A DNA stretch of 64,000 nucleotides from an archaeon 13_2_20CM_2_53_6 (GCA_001915065.1 MNDT01000003.1:6908-70907), one strand, 5' to 3'; counted from the first letter of the stretch, positions 18,824 through 28,584 are shown. Translations and numbers: made by a program. The notes: generated from the sequence alone by a model not told the origin.

Positions 18824-19888
18824 GTGTTGAGTCTTCGCGTTAGCGTCGACTTAGAATTGGACGCTTCCACCGCGTTCCATGAGTTCGTAGAGGAGTTGTC
18901 TGAAGATCTCGAAGATATGGGCGTCAGGTTTGGTCAGGGTCCAGACGGCCACGTCTCACAAGACGGGACTTACCTGGGTCGCGTCCTCAAATGGATCCCG
19001 GAGAAAGAGATCGAGCTTGAGTGGCACCCTGCCAGTTGGAATCCGGGACGGGTCACAAAGGTTGTTGTGAAGTTCGAAACCATCCCGAAAGGGTCACGGA
19101 TAACGGTCGAGCATCACGACTGGGGCCTCGTCCTTGACAATGCTGGTAGCGAGCTGACAGGCTGGTTTGTCAGGGAAGTCGTCTCGCCACTATTTCTCGC
19201 GACGAGTCCAGGCCGTTTCGGCGACTGGTTGACCGACCGGAGAGCTCGACGGCCCTCGGGTTCGCAGGCGCGTGCGGGCTATCGCGACCCCCTGTATCAT
19301 CGTCCCAACTTCAGAGCCATTCTCAACACACTCAAGCTGACTCCGAACGATTATCTGCTTGAGGTCGGCTGCGGCGGCGGAGCGTTACTCGAGGAAGCGT
19401 TGCGTAGTGGTTGCAGGGCGGCCGGCATAGATCACAGCCCCGCCATGGTCAAGCTGGCTCGAGAGGTCAACAGCAAGGCGATCAACGAGCGTCGGCTAGA
19501 AATACGTGAAGCCGAAGCTGACAAGCTGCCGTATCTGGATTCAATGTTTACGAGCGCCACCATGACCAACGTGTTCGGTTTCATCTCCGACCCGGCCAAG
19601 GCGCTTGGAGAGATCCGCCGAGTGCTTACAGACAATGGGAGGCTGGTGGTCTTCGCCGTCTCGCCGGAGATGCGGGGGACAATCGCGGCACCTGAGCCGA
19701 TGGCTTCACGGATTCACTTCTACAGCGATAGGGAGCTGGAACAACTGGCCAAGACGGCCGGCTTCAAGGAAGCAAAGGTAGAACGGCCGGACCTTTCAGA
19801 GTTTGCGAAAGAGGCAGAGATTCCAGAAGAACATCGAGGCTCCTTCTCCGGACCCGGGGGACAACTGCTTGTGGCTCGCAAGAACTAG
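18824..19888 (+). CDS. fusion protein: SRPBCC/Aha1-like domain + class I SAM methyltransferase
   Basis: 354 aa. The N-terminal ~130 aa (..KWIPEKEIELEWHP..VVVKFETIPKGSRITVEHHDWG) are followed by the MTase motif LLEVGCGGGALLEEAL..AAGIDHSPAMV. Confidence 0.75.
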   Translation: MLSLRVSVDLELDASTAFHEFVEELSEDLEDMGVRFGQGPDGHVSQDGTYLGRVLKWIPEKEIELEWHPASWNPGRVTKVVVKFETIPKGSRITVEHHDWGLVLDNAGSELTGWFVREVVSPLFLATSPGRFGDWLTDRRARRPSGSQARAGYRDPLYHRPNFRAILNTLKLTPNDYLLEVGCGGGALLEEALRSGCRAAGIDHSPAMVKLAREVNSKAINERRLEIREAEADKLPYLDSMFTSATMTNVFGFISDPAKALGEIRRVLTDNGRLVVFAVSPEMRGTIAAPEPMASRIHFYSDRELEQLAKTAGFKEAKVERPDLSEFAKEAEIPEEHRGSFSGPGGQLLVARKN

Positions 19889-20089
19889 AACGCGGATCCA
19901 AGTGCCTTGCTCATCTCCATATGCCTCCTACTGCCAGGAGCTAGAGTCTCAATGACGGACAATTATCGTCACTCCTATCGGCTGATACACTCAGCTTGTC
20001 ATTGGAAAATGCTGAGACCCTCTTGGAGCCGCTACCGGGTGACAGTGAAGGACCTAAGAGTCTGAAAGGAGCAGAGGAATGGGATTTGC

Positions 20090-20878
20090 ATGACTGGTAG
20101 AGTAACTGTAATCACGGGAGCCAGCAGTGGAATCGGGGCAGCATTAGCGAGACGGCTAGGAGAGAAAGGCCATGGTCTCGTGCTGGCCGCGAGGCGGGAG
20201 GGTGAGCTGAACCAGGTCGCCTCACATGTCAAGACGAAGGCCCTTGTCGTTAGGACCGACGTGAGGCGGAGGAGTGAGGTTGAGCACTTGCGAGATCTTG
20301 CTCTGAAGGAGTACGGTCATGTTGATGTCTGGGTCAACAATGCCGGCCGGGGCATAACTAGACCGGTGATGAATCTGACAGAGGACGATCTTGACGAGAT
20401 AATCTCTGTAGTCCTCAAATCGGTAGTCTATGGAATGCAAGCCATTATTCCCCATTTTCAAGATCGTGGAGAGGGGCATCTCATCAATGTCTCATCCTTC
20501 CTCGGCCGGGTTCCACTGGTAAGTCATCGATCGATCTACAGTGCGGCCAAGAGCGGAGTAAACGTGTTGACCGCAAACGCGCGGATGGACCTCATGTCGA
20601 AATATCCGAAGGTTCACGTTTCACTAGTAATGCCTGGAACAGTCGAGACGGACTTCCACAGGATCGCCGGAACACCCTTCCGCCCTGTAGCCGGTGAGAG
20701 GCTTGGCTCACTGATCGTCGAGTCGGCCGACGAGGTAGCTGGTAAGATAGCGTCGCTCGTCGAGCACCCGGTCCCTGAGGTCTATACAAACCCGAGCATG
20801 CCTGATCTGGTCCAACGCTACTATCAAGATGTGGGCAAGTTCGAGGAGGGCATACTCCGCCTAACCACTCGCAACTAG
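20090..20878 (+). CDS. short-chain dehydrogenase/reductase (SDR)
   Basis: 262 aa with VITGASSGIGAALA, NNAG and the YSAAKSGV catalytic motif. Confidence 0.9.
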   Translation: MTGRVTVITGASSGIGAALARRLGEKGHGLVLAARREGELNQVASHVKTKALVVRTDVRRRSEVEHLRDLALKEYGHVDVWVNNAGRGITRPVMNLTEDDLDEIISVVLKSVVYGMQAIIPHFQDRGEGHLINVSSFLGRVPLVSHRSIYSAAKSGVNVLTANARMDLMSKYPKVHVSLVMPGTVETDFHRIAGTPFRPVAGERLGSLIVESADEVAGKIASLVEHPVPEVYTNPSMPDLVQRYYQDVGKFEEGILRLTTRN

Positions 20879-20961
20879 GAGCGTCCGCTCGCATCTTCCG
20901 CCTGGCTCGGGTCGATCGAATCCTTTTTCCCGAACCCGCGGCTAGAATTGGGAGAGCAAAG

Positions 20962-21387
20962 TTGAACGCGCAGAAAGTCTTCGCACAGACTCACGTTGCA
21001 CTGTACCGGATGTCTCGGGGGAGGCTGGGAGGCCGGTTTCGGAAGTCCCCCGTGCTTCTCCTGACGACCATCGGTAGGAAGAGTCGGAAGAAGCGGACAA
21101 CTCCTGTTCTGTATATTGAAGACGGGGAGAACATGGTCCTAGTAGCGTCCAATGCTGGTAAGGACCGGGATCCGTTCTGGTGGATGAATCTGAAAGACGA
21201 CCCCTCGGCTATTGTTCAGCTGAGGGGCCGGACAGTGGAAGTGAGGGCGGCACAGGCGACGCCCGAGGAGAAGAGTAGATACTGGCCCTCTCTGGTGAAG
21301 ATGTACCCAACCTATGATGACTATCAGAAGAAGACCGAGAGAGAGATTCCAGTAGTAATACTCAGGCCGCTGAGATCCAAATGCTAG
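20962..21387 (+). CDS. deazaflavin (F420)-dependent nitroreductase-family oxidoreductase (DDN-like)
   Basis: 141 aa (TTG start). VLLLTTIGRKSRKKRTTPVLY..DG...VASNAG.DRDP.WWMNL...YWP..VKMYPTYDDYQKKTEREIPVVIL matches the PF04075-type pattern. Confidence 0.8.
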   Translation: MNAQKVFAQTHVALYRMSRGRLGGRFRKSPVLLLTTIGRKSRKKRTTPVLYIEDGENMVLVASNAGKDRDPFWWMNLKDDPSAIVQLRGRTVEVRAAQATPEEKSRYWPSLVKMYPTYDDYQKKTEREIPVVILRPLRSKC

Positions 21388-21496
21388 CCTGTAGAACAGG
21401 CATGACCTGATTTTGTGAAACTGAGGGTTCACCCTTCGCTAGTCTGTTCGGCAGTGTTTCATGAGTATCTCTGCGAAGACCTTTAGACACTCATAG

Positions 21497-22069
21497 ACTT
21501 CCGTCTTCGACAATAATGGTCTCGACTGGCCTCCAGGAGCTCGACCAGCTCCTTGTCTCTACGCGACGAGACTCTCTGTCTCCGAGGTTCTCCAAGATGT
21601 TAGAGCGTACAACATCGAGCCTTGGCTGCAGCCCACATGGCTGTCGGGCCACGGAGGCCAGGGGAAGCTGGATCTGAACGATCTAACAGGCCTCTCATTC
21701 AACATCAAGGAGGTTGTGGGGAAGGCGGATGATAGACGAGTCAGAGTCATTACTGATGTTCTTTCTTCGCTGCTGATGCTCAACCCGCCTGAGACCGTCT
21801 ACCGGTTTCTTTCACAGCTCTTTGCTGAGCTGAAAAAATACGATTCAGTCTTCTTCGCTACCGTCGAAGAGGGGATGCACAAGCCCGAGGTTCTTGCCGC
21901 GATGAGTCAGATCTTCGACGGAGTACTAGAGCTCAAGCTCTACGAGGAGAGCTTCAGAATCGTGCCCCTCTTGAGGGTCAGGAAGATGAGGGGGGTCCCG
22001 CCCCAGCTCGGATACTACCGCTTCACGATGTCGCATGGAAGGATGGAGGTCACGTCATATGCCAAGTGA
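21497..22069 (+). pseudogene. KaiC-like (RecA-superfamily) ATPase remnant lacking the P-loop segment
   Basis: ATG 21516 gives MVSTGLQELDQLL (KaiC-domain N-terminus), then leaves frame. The next frame, open from 21497, encodes ..SVSEVLQDVRAYNIEPW...RVRVITDVLSSLL..VFFATVEEGMH..LLRVRKMRG. No GxxGxGKT occurs in any frame. Confidence 0.55.
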
Positions 22070-22804
22070 ACTGGGTTACGTGTTCCTCGTATCGTGGCTC
22101 TTCGTGACAGCGATATTTCTCTACTCAGCGTACTGGTCCTTCGTGATCAGAAGGGCACTGGTGACCAGCCTCTACCGGAAGCGTTCTGGGTCGGAGGAAT
22201 GGGAGTATACTTCGTCGCGCTCTCTGTCTTTCTCGCGGTCGCTCTGACGCTTGAGATCAATGCGCTTTCTATCAACATACTCGGAGGGCTCATCATATCA
22301 TTCGGATTCATCCTGATATTTCTCTGGATAGACTCGACGGTCAGCATAGCGCGCCGATCAGACCCATTGTTCAGGGACACATTGCGCTGGAGTAAGCTTC
22401 GATACTTGTTCTGGCTGGTCACTATTGGAGGAGCGGTCGGGGCACTGTTCACATCCATCAATTCTGGTTTCTCGACTGTCGCGGGTTTCGGGGGAGCACT
22501 GTTCTTCGGGGCGGTCGCTTTGCTGTTGAGCGCGAAGAGGTCTGGCGATATGACCTTGAGACGCCACTTGACATGGACCGGGCTCTGCATATTCCTCTTG
22601 TGGCTGAGCAGCCAGCTAGAGCAGCCGCTGTCGTACCACTTTGCTGATCCTTTCATCGTCCAGTCTCTTACCGTACCGTTGGTTGCTGCTGGCGCCTATT
22701 CCCTCTACAGAAGCGCTAAGTCGCTTGTCCCGCTTGGACATCTGATGAGCACGGACGCGGATGCCCAGAGCATTACTATGTCTCCAGCGGGCACTTCTTC
22801 ATAG
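22059..22804 (+). CDS. polytopic membrane protein, hypothetical (probable frame change near 22150-22190)
   Basis: ORF 22094-22804 (236 aa) has at least 6 TM helices. ATG 22059 overlaps the upstream stop and encodes a good first TM (MPSELGYVFLVSWLFVTAIFLYSAYW) in the neighbouring frame. Confidence 0.5.
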
Positions 22805-23084
22805 CAAGGGTATTGCCGAGGATCTGGTACATGGAGAGGTACGAGAACGCGCGCGATCAATGCGAGGCTCGACCTAGTCTTGATCTTCCATTTTCTCAGA
22901 AATTGCTTCTCATCACTGGTCAGTAGAGGAGAGCCTTTTGGTGCTTTGTACAAGCCGATCAGTCTTCGCTCCTCCTCAGTCAAACGTCCATTTGACACAG
23001 CCCTGTGAAGTCGGGCAATCCAGTCGTGGTCGGCCTGCGGCTCGTCTTGGGGCAGCTCCTCATCAGCTGACTCAAAGAGTCGGG

Positions 23085-23443
23085 TTACTGAAGCATTCCC
23101 GGATATTTCTTTGAGAAGCCTGCGACATTCGGTCCTAGGGAGAGTATTGAGAGCAGGGTCCGTGTGATGCTGAATGTTCTGGCTCTTCCCTGGATCATCG
23201 CGCCGCAGGCGTTGGTCGTGAGCTGTTTGTTGTCGACGATCAGGGATACTCTGGGGTTTTCCTTGATCATCTTGTATTTTGCGGCACTGACTGGTGTGAC
23301 GAAGTAGACTCTGAGGTCCGAGTAGTAGAAGGCTACTGGGGATAGCTGTAGAGTTCGCCCTTCCTGGAGATCGTTGTCAGATATCCAATGTTGGCCGTCT
23401 TCAGGACGTCTGATACTTCTGGCGGGATCGGTGCGGTTTCCAT
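23085..23443 (-). pseudogene. pyridoxamine-5'-phosphate-oxidase (PPOX)-fold protein with a frame change at a G4/C4 run
   Basis: ATG at 23443 gives METAPIPPEVSDVLKTANIGYLTTISRKGELYSYPQ*. The next frame continues VAFYYSDLRVYFVTPVSAAKYKMIKENPRVSLIVDN (ORF 23085-23270). One extra C in tatCCCCag would join them. Confidence 0.7.
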
Positions 23444-23450
23444 TTCTGGT

Positions 23451-24218
23451 CTAAGCGTAGACCTCTTCTCTTGCTAGGACCTCTATACCATTGTCTCTGA
23501 TTACAAAAGGACGGGGCGCAGTATCGATCTTGGTGCCTCGCATCTTTGAGATCTGAATCGTTCGGACTCCCTTCCGGACAATCCGTAGCATTATCACACC
23601 CTCAGCTAGATACTCCTCCGGTTGCAGTCTTCGATTCTCTCCGGTCGAAAGGAGCTCGCTTGTCAGTAGACAGGTTGCGCCAGTTGACTGGAGCGCTTCC
23701 ACAATGTCTAGGACGGCCGGCCGCCTCTCCTCGATCCTTGGGAAGCGGAAGACTAGGTCTGAGATCGAGTCTAGAACGATCCGCTTGGGCGATAGCTTGT
23801 CTATTCCCTCCTGCATCAGTTCTATCAGATTCGCTAAGCCGAGTTCTTTGCCGCCGACGGGAATGCGTCCCACTCTGGCCTGTTCTGGTATCCGGCGTAC
23901 TTCTGTGGCGTCGACATAGCCGAATTGCCGCTTTTTCTCGAGGCTTGCAAGGTCCATCCCGAGATCTCGCATCTCAGTCATGAGACGGGATTTTGACTCG
24001 TTCATTCCTATGAATACCCCGTTCTCGTTCCTCTCAGTCGCTCCCCAGTGCAGGTACTGGGAGCAGAGAATGGTCTTTCCCGTGCCAGGTTCTCCCAGGA
24101 CTAGGACGACTCGGCCTTCCGGGATCCCACCGCCTAGCATGCTGTCGAGGCCTTCGATCCCGGAGGCAAGCTTAGACGTTGGGGTGGACTCCTCGCGACC
24201 CTCTGTTGTCGTGGGCAT
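23451..24218 (-). CDS. single-domain KaiC-like RecA-superfamily ATPase
   Basis: 255 aa with SGIEGLDSMLGGGIPEGRVVLVLGEPGTGKT, Walker B RIVLDSISDL and ISKMRGT. Confidence 0.85.
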   Translation of the reverse strand: MPTTTEGREESTPTSKLASGIEGLDSMLGGGIPEGRVVLVLGEPGTGKTILCSQYLHWGATERNENGVFIGMNESKSRLMTEMRDLGMDLASLEKKRQFGYVDATEVRRIPEQARVGRIPVGGKELGLANLIELMQEGIDKLSPKRIVLDSISDLVFRFPRIEERRPAVLDIVEALQSTGATCLLTSELLSTGENRRLQPEEYLAEGVIMLRIVRKGVRTIQISKMRGTKIDTAPRPFVIRDNGIEVLAREEVYA

Positions 24219-24287
24219 TTTCTTGACAGCTTCTCGGCTTGACTCTGAGAAAACTCAACGATGCTTCTTGTCAAATCACTCTTGGGT

Positions 24288-25022
24288 CTATGTCAGATAG
24301 TATCGGAAGTTCTTCCAGACTCCAGTTGCTCCCTGCCCATGGATGGACACGCTTCCCTTCAGGGGATCCACGGGATTAAGCGTGAAGAGACCCCACCCTA
24401 TCATTATCTCCTTGGGCTCGACGGGAACGCCCTCGGCTTTGAAGAACGTCTTTCCATCCGCAAGCCATTCTGCACGCCGTTTGGAGGTGTCTATCCGGAT
24501 AGAGTATTGGTGCAGCTTGCCAGGTTCCGTCCGAATGCCCGAGAATGGTGCTTCGATGAGGTAGGTGAAGGCGGTCTTTTCGTCCGTCACTCCAGGAATC
24601 AACAACCTCTCGTATATGGCTCCGATCTTCCGTCCAGTCGATATGAAGTCGAATATCATACCAGTCGAGAAGTCCATCAGTATGAAGCCTGCAAACGCGT
24701 CTCGCAGATCATCTGCGTTGCTTCGGTAGGTTTCGCAGCCCATTTCGACCTCGAAGACTGTCACTCTATCAGAGGACACGGGAAAGGTCTTGGTCGATCC
24801 ATAGAGTTGCTTCGGATCGTCGAACATGTGCACTTGGTCATGCTTGCGAGTGAAGGGGTCCACGGTTAGGGCTAGACCGTTCACTCCGGACTCGATCCGG
24901 GCTTTCGGCTCCTCCCAGGTCCATGTTTGGCCGTCTCCCATAGGGAAGCTGAATATCCTCCATTTGGAAGGGTCGACTCTCCCTTTCGACATATCGTCAT
25001 ACAATGTCTCCGTGGTCAGCAA
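24288..25022 (-). CDS. conserved hypothetical protein (beta-rich; function unknown)
   Basis: 244-aa ORF with protein-like composition and no overlapping alternative. The family was not confidently recognised. Confidence 0.55.
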   Translation of the reverse strand: MLTTETLYDDMSKGRVDPSKWRIFSFPMGDGQTWTWEEPKARIESGVNGLALTVDPFTRKHDQVHMFDDPKQLYGSTKTFPVSSDRVTVFEVEMGCETYRSNADDLRDAFAGFILMDFSTGMIFDFISTGRKIGAIYERLLIPGVTDEKTAFTYLIEAPFSGIRTEPGKLHQYSIRIDTSKRRAEWLADGKTFFKAEGVPVEPKEIMIGWGLFTLNPVDPLKGSVSIHGQGATGVWKNFRYYLT

Positions 25023-25197
25023 GGCTAGACCAGTCGCATCGGAGATTCAGAGAATATAATGATTCCGAATCTGGGTTTTGCATCATTGTCCCGCAAAGTG
25101 GCCAACCTAGGAACCTACGAGGGGTGTACGTGGCTACTGTCTGGTTCAGTTCCTTTGAGTTAAGTAGAGAATCTCGTCGTAACTGAAGTGGTCTGGA

Positions 25198-25524
25198 ATG
25201 TCGCTTCACGCACCTCTCCGTTCGCTCGCGAGGGCGTTGATCTTGGTCGGTGGAGTAGTTCTCATACTCGGTTCTGTTCTCCAAATCGTAGGCTCGAGAT
25301 CTATTCTCGACTTGGCCCCCAACATACGGTCCTTAGGCTTGTTCACCGGTGCTATAATTGGACTCATTATCGGAGTCCTCGCGTTGATAGGTGCCAGCCA
25401 GGTCTCAAGCCCTGTCTGGACCATTATCCTAATGGTTCTAGGCTACCTTGTCGGTAGCTTGGGTGGAATTCTCATCTTCATCGGAGCACTAATCGGACTC
25501 GTTACAGCACTAGTGAAAAGTTAG
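25198..25524 (+). CDS. small integral membrane protein (3 TM)
   Basis: 108 aa with three Gly/Ile/Leu-rich TM helices. Confidence 0.5.
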   Translation: MSLHAPLRSLARALILVGGVVLILGSVLQIVGSRSILDLAPNIRSLGLFTGAIIGLIIGVLALIGASQVSSPVWTIILMVLGYLVGSLGGILIFIGALIGLVTALVKS

Positions 25525-25590
25525 GCGCTTCTGACGGATATCGGGATCCCTAAAAAAACGGGGAGTAGTCGATGGAGCTATTGTGCGTGG

Positions 25591-26109
25591 TTAAGCTTTG
25601 AAGACTGGTGCGTAAGCGAGTAGCGTCTCGCTCTTGAAGAGGCCTCCAACATTCGTAAGCTGGTTGATGGAGGTCTTCATGATCTCTTCGGTTGTCCTTG
25701 CTTGCCAGAGGGCTACAATGTCGAACTGTCCCGGTACTGCGAATGCTTCGACGAAGCCTGGGATGTTGCTGAGCTGCTTGATGCTCTGTCCTAATGGATT
25801 GTGCTCGACGCGCAATAGGCTGATTCCTAGTGCTTGCTGAGCTTCGAGCCTCTTAGTAGGCTGAATGCCGTCCATGGCTGTGTGGGTGGTAGTTGTGCGT
25901 ACGTCGGCGATGCTACGGATCTGGTTGACAGTATTGTAGACTTCATTTGGCGCACTGCTCTTCAATCGAAGAGCCAGGTCATAGCGGCCTGTTACTGGTG
26001 CGATCATGTCGATCTGGCTGTTGTTCTTTAGCTCCTCGACCACTTTCTGTACGCGGCCCGGATTGACGGTCGCGAACACGTAGGTCGGGAATTCGGTATT
26101 GGTTTGCAT
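25591..26109 (-). CDS. tandem Lrp/AsnC-type RAM (ligand-binding) domain protein without HTH
   Basis: 172 aa. Two repeats of the beta-alpha-beta-beta-alpha-beta RAM pattern (..YVFATVNPGRV..VTGRYDLALRL.. and ..ISLLRVEH..VPGQFDIVALW..). Confidence 0.65.
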   Translation of the reverse strand: MQTNTEFPTYVFATVNPGRVQKVVEELKNNSQIDMIAPVTGRYDLALRLKSSAPNEVYNTVNQIRSIADVRTTTTHTAMDGIQPTKRLEAQQALGISLLRVEHNPLGQSIKQLSNIPGFVEAFAVPGQFDIVALWQARTTEEIMKTSINQLTNVGGLFKSETLLAYAPVFKA

Positions 26110-26110
26110 T

Positions 26111-26128
26111 TGTTACCGCTATGTAACA
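26111..26128. promoter_or_regulatory. palindrome TGTTAC-N6-GTAACA (site 1)
   Basis: tgttac cgctat gtaaca, starting 2 nt upstream of the RAM-protein start codon. Confidence 0.5.
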
Positions 26129-26169
26129 TGTATTACTTGCTTATAAGGTTTGGAATCCGATAGTCTAAT

Positions 26170-26189
26170 ATGTTACAACTGAGTAACAT
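26170..26189. promoter_or_regulatory. palindrome ATGTTAC-N6-GTAACAT (site 2)
   Basis: atgttac aactga gtaacat, 18-37 nt upstream of the ACT-protein ATG. A TATA-like ttataa (26141-26146) lies between the two sites. Confidence 0.5.
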
Positions 26190-26206
26190 TGGTAGGAAGA
26201 GCGTAG

Positions 26207-26890
26207 ATGACTGTCATCGAGGAGGTCAGCGTCCCGGAAGCGGTACGCCAGATTCTAACTCGGAGCTATCCCATCTACCAGAGCCTCAAGATGAAGGTGG
26301 TAAACTTTCACGCGTTGGCAGAGCTGGTCCAGCCGGAGGTTAAGGAGATGACCCATAGAGACGCCAGCATCAACACGCTAGTTGTAGCGATCAAGAGATT
26401 CTCTGATACGCTCGACTCGATGAAGAAGCTGGAGGTTGGAAACGTCCTGGATAATGCTAGGATCTCACTGACAAGCGGTATAGTGGATTTGACGATTAAG
26501 GCTCCAAGAGCGGAGTTTTCGAAGATTGTGCGGGACGTCAGTGAGATAGGTGCGGAATTGTCGGAATTTCCACACATCTTCCCTTTGGCGACGTCGATCA
26601 AGCTAATCATGCCCGACGAGGATTATGAGAAGGTCAAGGAGAAGCTGGGACATTTCATCAAGGGCCCGTTGATTCATGCGGCGAAGTTGACGTTACGCAT
26701 GTCTCCCTCAGCAGAAATGACCTCTGGGATAGCATCATACCTAACGGAGTTATTGTACCGTAATGGTGTCAACATTCACGATGCCTTCCTTGGGTACGGC
26801 GACATTATCATGGTGGTAGATGACCGAGATGGCCCACAAGCCTACGAGATTCTGCAGAGAGAAGTCAACAAGCAAGCACTGAAGGCCTAG
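26207..26890 (+). CDS. ACT-domain protein (COG2150-like putative amino-acid-responsive regulator)
   Basis: 227 aa. The C-terminal SGIASYLTELLYRNGVNIHDAFLGYGDIIMVVDDRDGPQAYEIL is an ACT-type fold. The N-terminal ~70 aa could be a DNA-binding module. Confidence 0.6.
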   Translation: MTVIEEVSVPEAVRQILTRSYPIYQSLKMKVVNFHALAELVQPEVKEMTHRDASINTLVVAIKRFSDTLDSMKKLEVGNVLDNARISLTSGIVDLTIKAPRAEFSKIVRDVSEIGAELSEFPHIFPLATSIKLIMPDEDYEKVKEKLGHFIKGPLIHAAKLTLRMSPSAEMTSGIASYLTELLYRNGVNIHDAFLGYGDIIMVVDDRDGPQAYEILQREVNKQALKA

Positions 26891-27003
26891 GGCCCAGTCT
26901 GGCTGATGGGTGAGGTATTTCTGGACAAGCAGTTCTCTCAAGTAACAAACGAGACCTTGACGATACAGTCTTTCTCTGGACTAAGTGAGACCCTCTCTAT
27001 ACT

Positions 27004-28584
27004 TCATTCGATTGGGTTGCCGTGTTTGAGCCGCTTCTGAAATTGTGGTAGGATTCTGCCCGGCCGGCTCCCGTATGCTGGTACGCCGACTCCAACCGCT
27101 ATCATGGTGCTCATACGCTCGGCGTGTGGCGAGAAGAACTCTGTCACAGCATCGTCGTAGAATGTTGAACCTGACGCTCCAACTCCGAGAGAGTAGGCTG
27201 ACAGGTAGATCTTCCCCACCCTAACGCCTGCTTCGAACTGCGCGGCCCGATAGCCTCGGTTTCCCATGTTGCGGAGAACAATCCCAAGGTTGGTCATGAG
27301 GAAGAAGACTACGCTGGCGTCGCTAAAGAGGAGCTGTTCAAGGCAGAGGTACCCGGACGCATGCCTCGATTTTCCCTCCTTCAGCTGTTCCAGAGAGTTT
27401 CTGCCTTTGTCGTAGTGGTATGAGCCTGCGGGTAGCCCGGTGACGTCGTTTGCTATGAGGTAGAATTCGATCAAACTCTGATCGTCAGGAAGAAAGTCCA
27501 TAGGAATATGTGAGGTTGAGCAGTCGATGATTGTTGAGAGGGCTTCGAAGGAGATGGGCCTCTGGGCGAACCTACGGGTTGACCCTCTAAGGAGGATCAC
27601 ATCCTTCAAGGACGGAGAATTCTCAGTTGATTGTCGTAGTGGAAAAATATTTTCGCCTTCGTGCGCTTTGGGTCTGACAGGTGCGAGGCTGTCCCGCCAT
27701 CGCTCGACCTCTGTCTGGCTCTGAAGGTCCGATGCTCTGTTGGTCTCCCATATGATCGGATATTCTGCTACCTCTCTCGATGGCTCTTCAGTTTGAAGAT
27801 CAAGCTCTGGAATCTTTCTTTGCGTCGGATCAGCGCCCTTTTTCGAGTCGCTGCCGATGGCGGCGAGGGCGACAGTTGCTTCCTTCTCTTCTTCGACACC
27901 AAGGAGCTTGTCAACCTCCTGGTCGACAAAGCTCATCACGAGTTTTGTGGTGAGGCTTTCTGACTGGCATGTTGCTAGGAGATTGGCTGCGATGACTCCG
28001 CCGTCCCAGAACCAGTGACGGTAGGACCTCGCCTCATATTTCCACGCGTTTCTCCAGGCCAAAGATGTGAGAGCTATTGTCAGGGGAGAAAGCGCAGTCG
28101 CCCCGTTTGTCGCCGCGGCCAGTTCGGGGCCGTAGTCGCCTTCACGTATTCGGACGAGAGCGAAGCTGAGAGGGTTGAAGTGGTAGACGCCCGCGTCCAA
28201 TCCCGGAATGCCAGAGCTGACAATGTAGAGTTCGATGGGGTAGAGGGCGCCTGTCGCTGATGCTGCGCGCATGTAGTAGGTCTCCCCTCCGATCTTCATC
28301 TTCCTCGTAAGACCCGCTGAGAAGAAGAGAATCTCAGTTAGATTCTGGAGATCTACTGGCTTGTTACTGTTATGAGTTTCTTGGCCTTTGAGTGCTTTGA
28401 GAGACTTCTCTGATGGATACGGAAACTCGTGAGGAAGTGATTTCATCGGCATATTCTTGTAGACTTTGAAGGGGGATGGCTTGTTGTCCCAGTCGAGATA
28501 GTGTGGCGACATTCTCAGGCTGAGTTCGGAGTGTTTTGTCGCTTCGTGGTATCTGAGGGCTGAACTTCCGGTTTCCGAAGCCAT
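27004..28584 (-). CDS. SagB/ThcOx-type dehydrogenase (two fused nitroreductase-like domains)
   Basis: 526 aa. N-terminal LRYHEATKHS...PHYLDWDNKP.PFK.Y is the SagB-type signature. The second domain has RGSTRRF...YLCLEQ and GVGASGSTFYDD. Confidence 0.8.
   Translation of the reverse strand: MASETGSSALRYHEATKHSELSLRMSPHYLDWDNKPSPFKVYKNMPMKSLPHEFPYPSEKSLKALKGQETHNSNKPVDLQNLTEILFFSAGLTRKMKIGGETYYMRAASATGALYPIELYIVSSGIPGLDAGVYHFNPLSFALVRIREGDYGPELAAATNGATALSPLTIALTSLAWRNAWKYEARSYRHWFWDGGVIAANLLATCQSESLTTKLVMSFVDQEVDKLLGVEEEKEATVALAAIGSDSKKGADPTQRKIPELDLQTEEPSREVAEYPIIWETNRASDLQSQTEVERWRDSLAPVRPKAHEGENIFPLRQSTENSPSLKDVILLRGSTRRFAQRPISFEALSTIIDCSTSHIPMDFLPDDQSLIEFYLIANDVTGLPAGSYHYDKGRNSLEQLKEGKSRHASGYLCLEQLLFSDASVVFFLMTNLGIVLRNMGNRGYRAAQFEAGVRVGKIYLSAYSLGVGASGSTFYDDAVTEFFSPHAERMSTMIAVGVGVPAYGSRPGRILPQFQKRLKHGNPIE

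Noticed and set aside
22705-22998. 97-aa minus-strand ORF (MSNGRLTEEERRLIGLYK...) downstream of the PPOX gene
   Set aside because: Its 3' third overlaps the convergent membrane-protein gene. The start is a GTG inside a longer open frame, and no family was recognised. It is possibly real but cannot be supported.
27004-28584. Possible thiazole/oxazole (TOMM) RiPP cluster around the SagB-type dehydrogenase
   Set aside because: No YcaO or cyclodehydratase, no docking protein and no plausible Cys/Ser/Thr-rich precursor ORF lie within several kb. The neighbours are pst/phoU and an ACT-domain gene.
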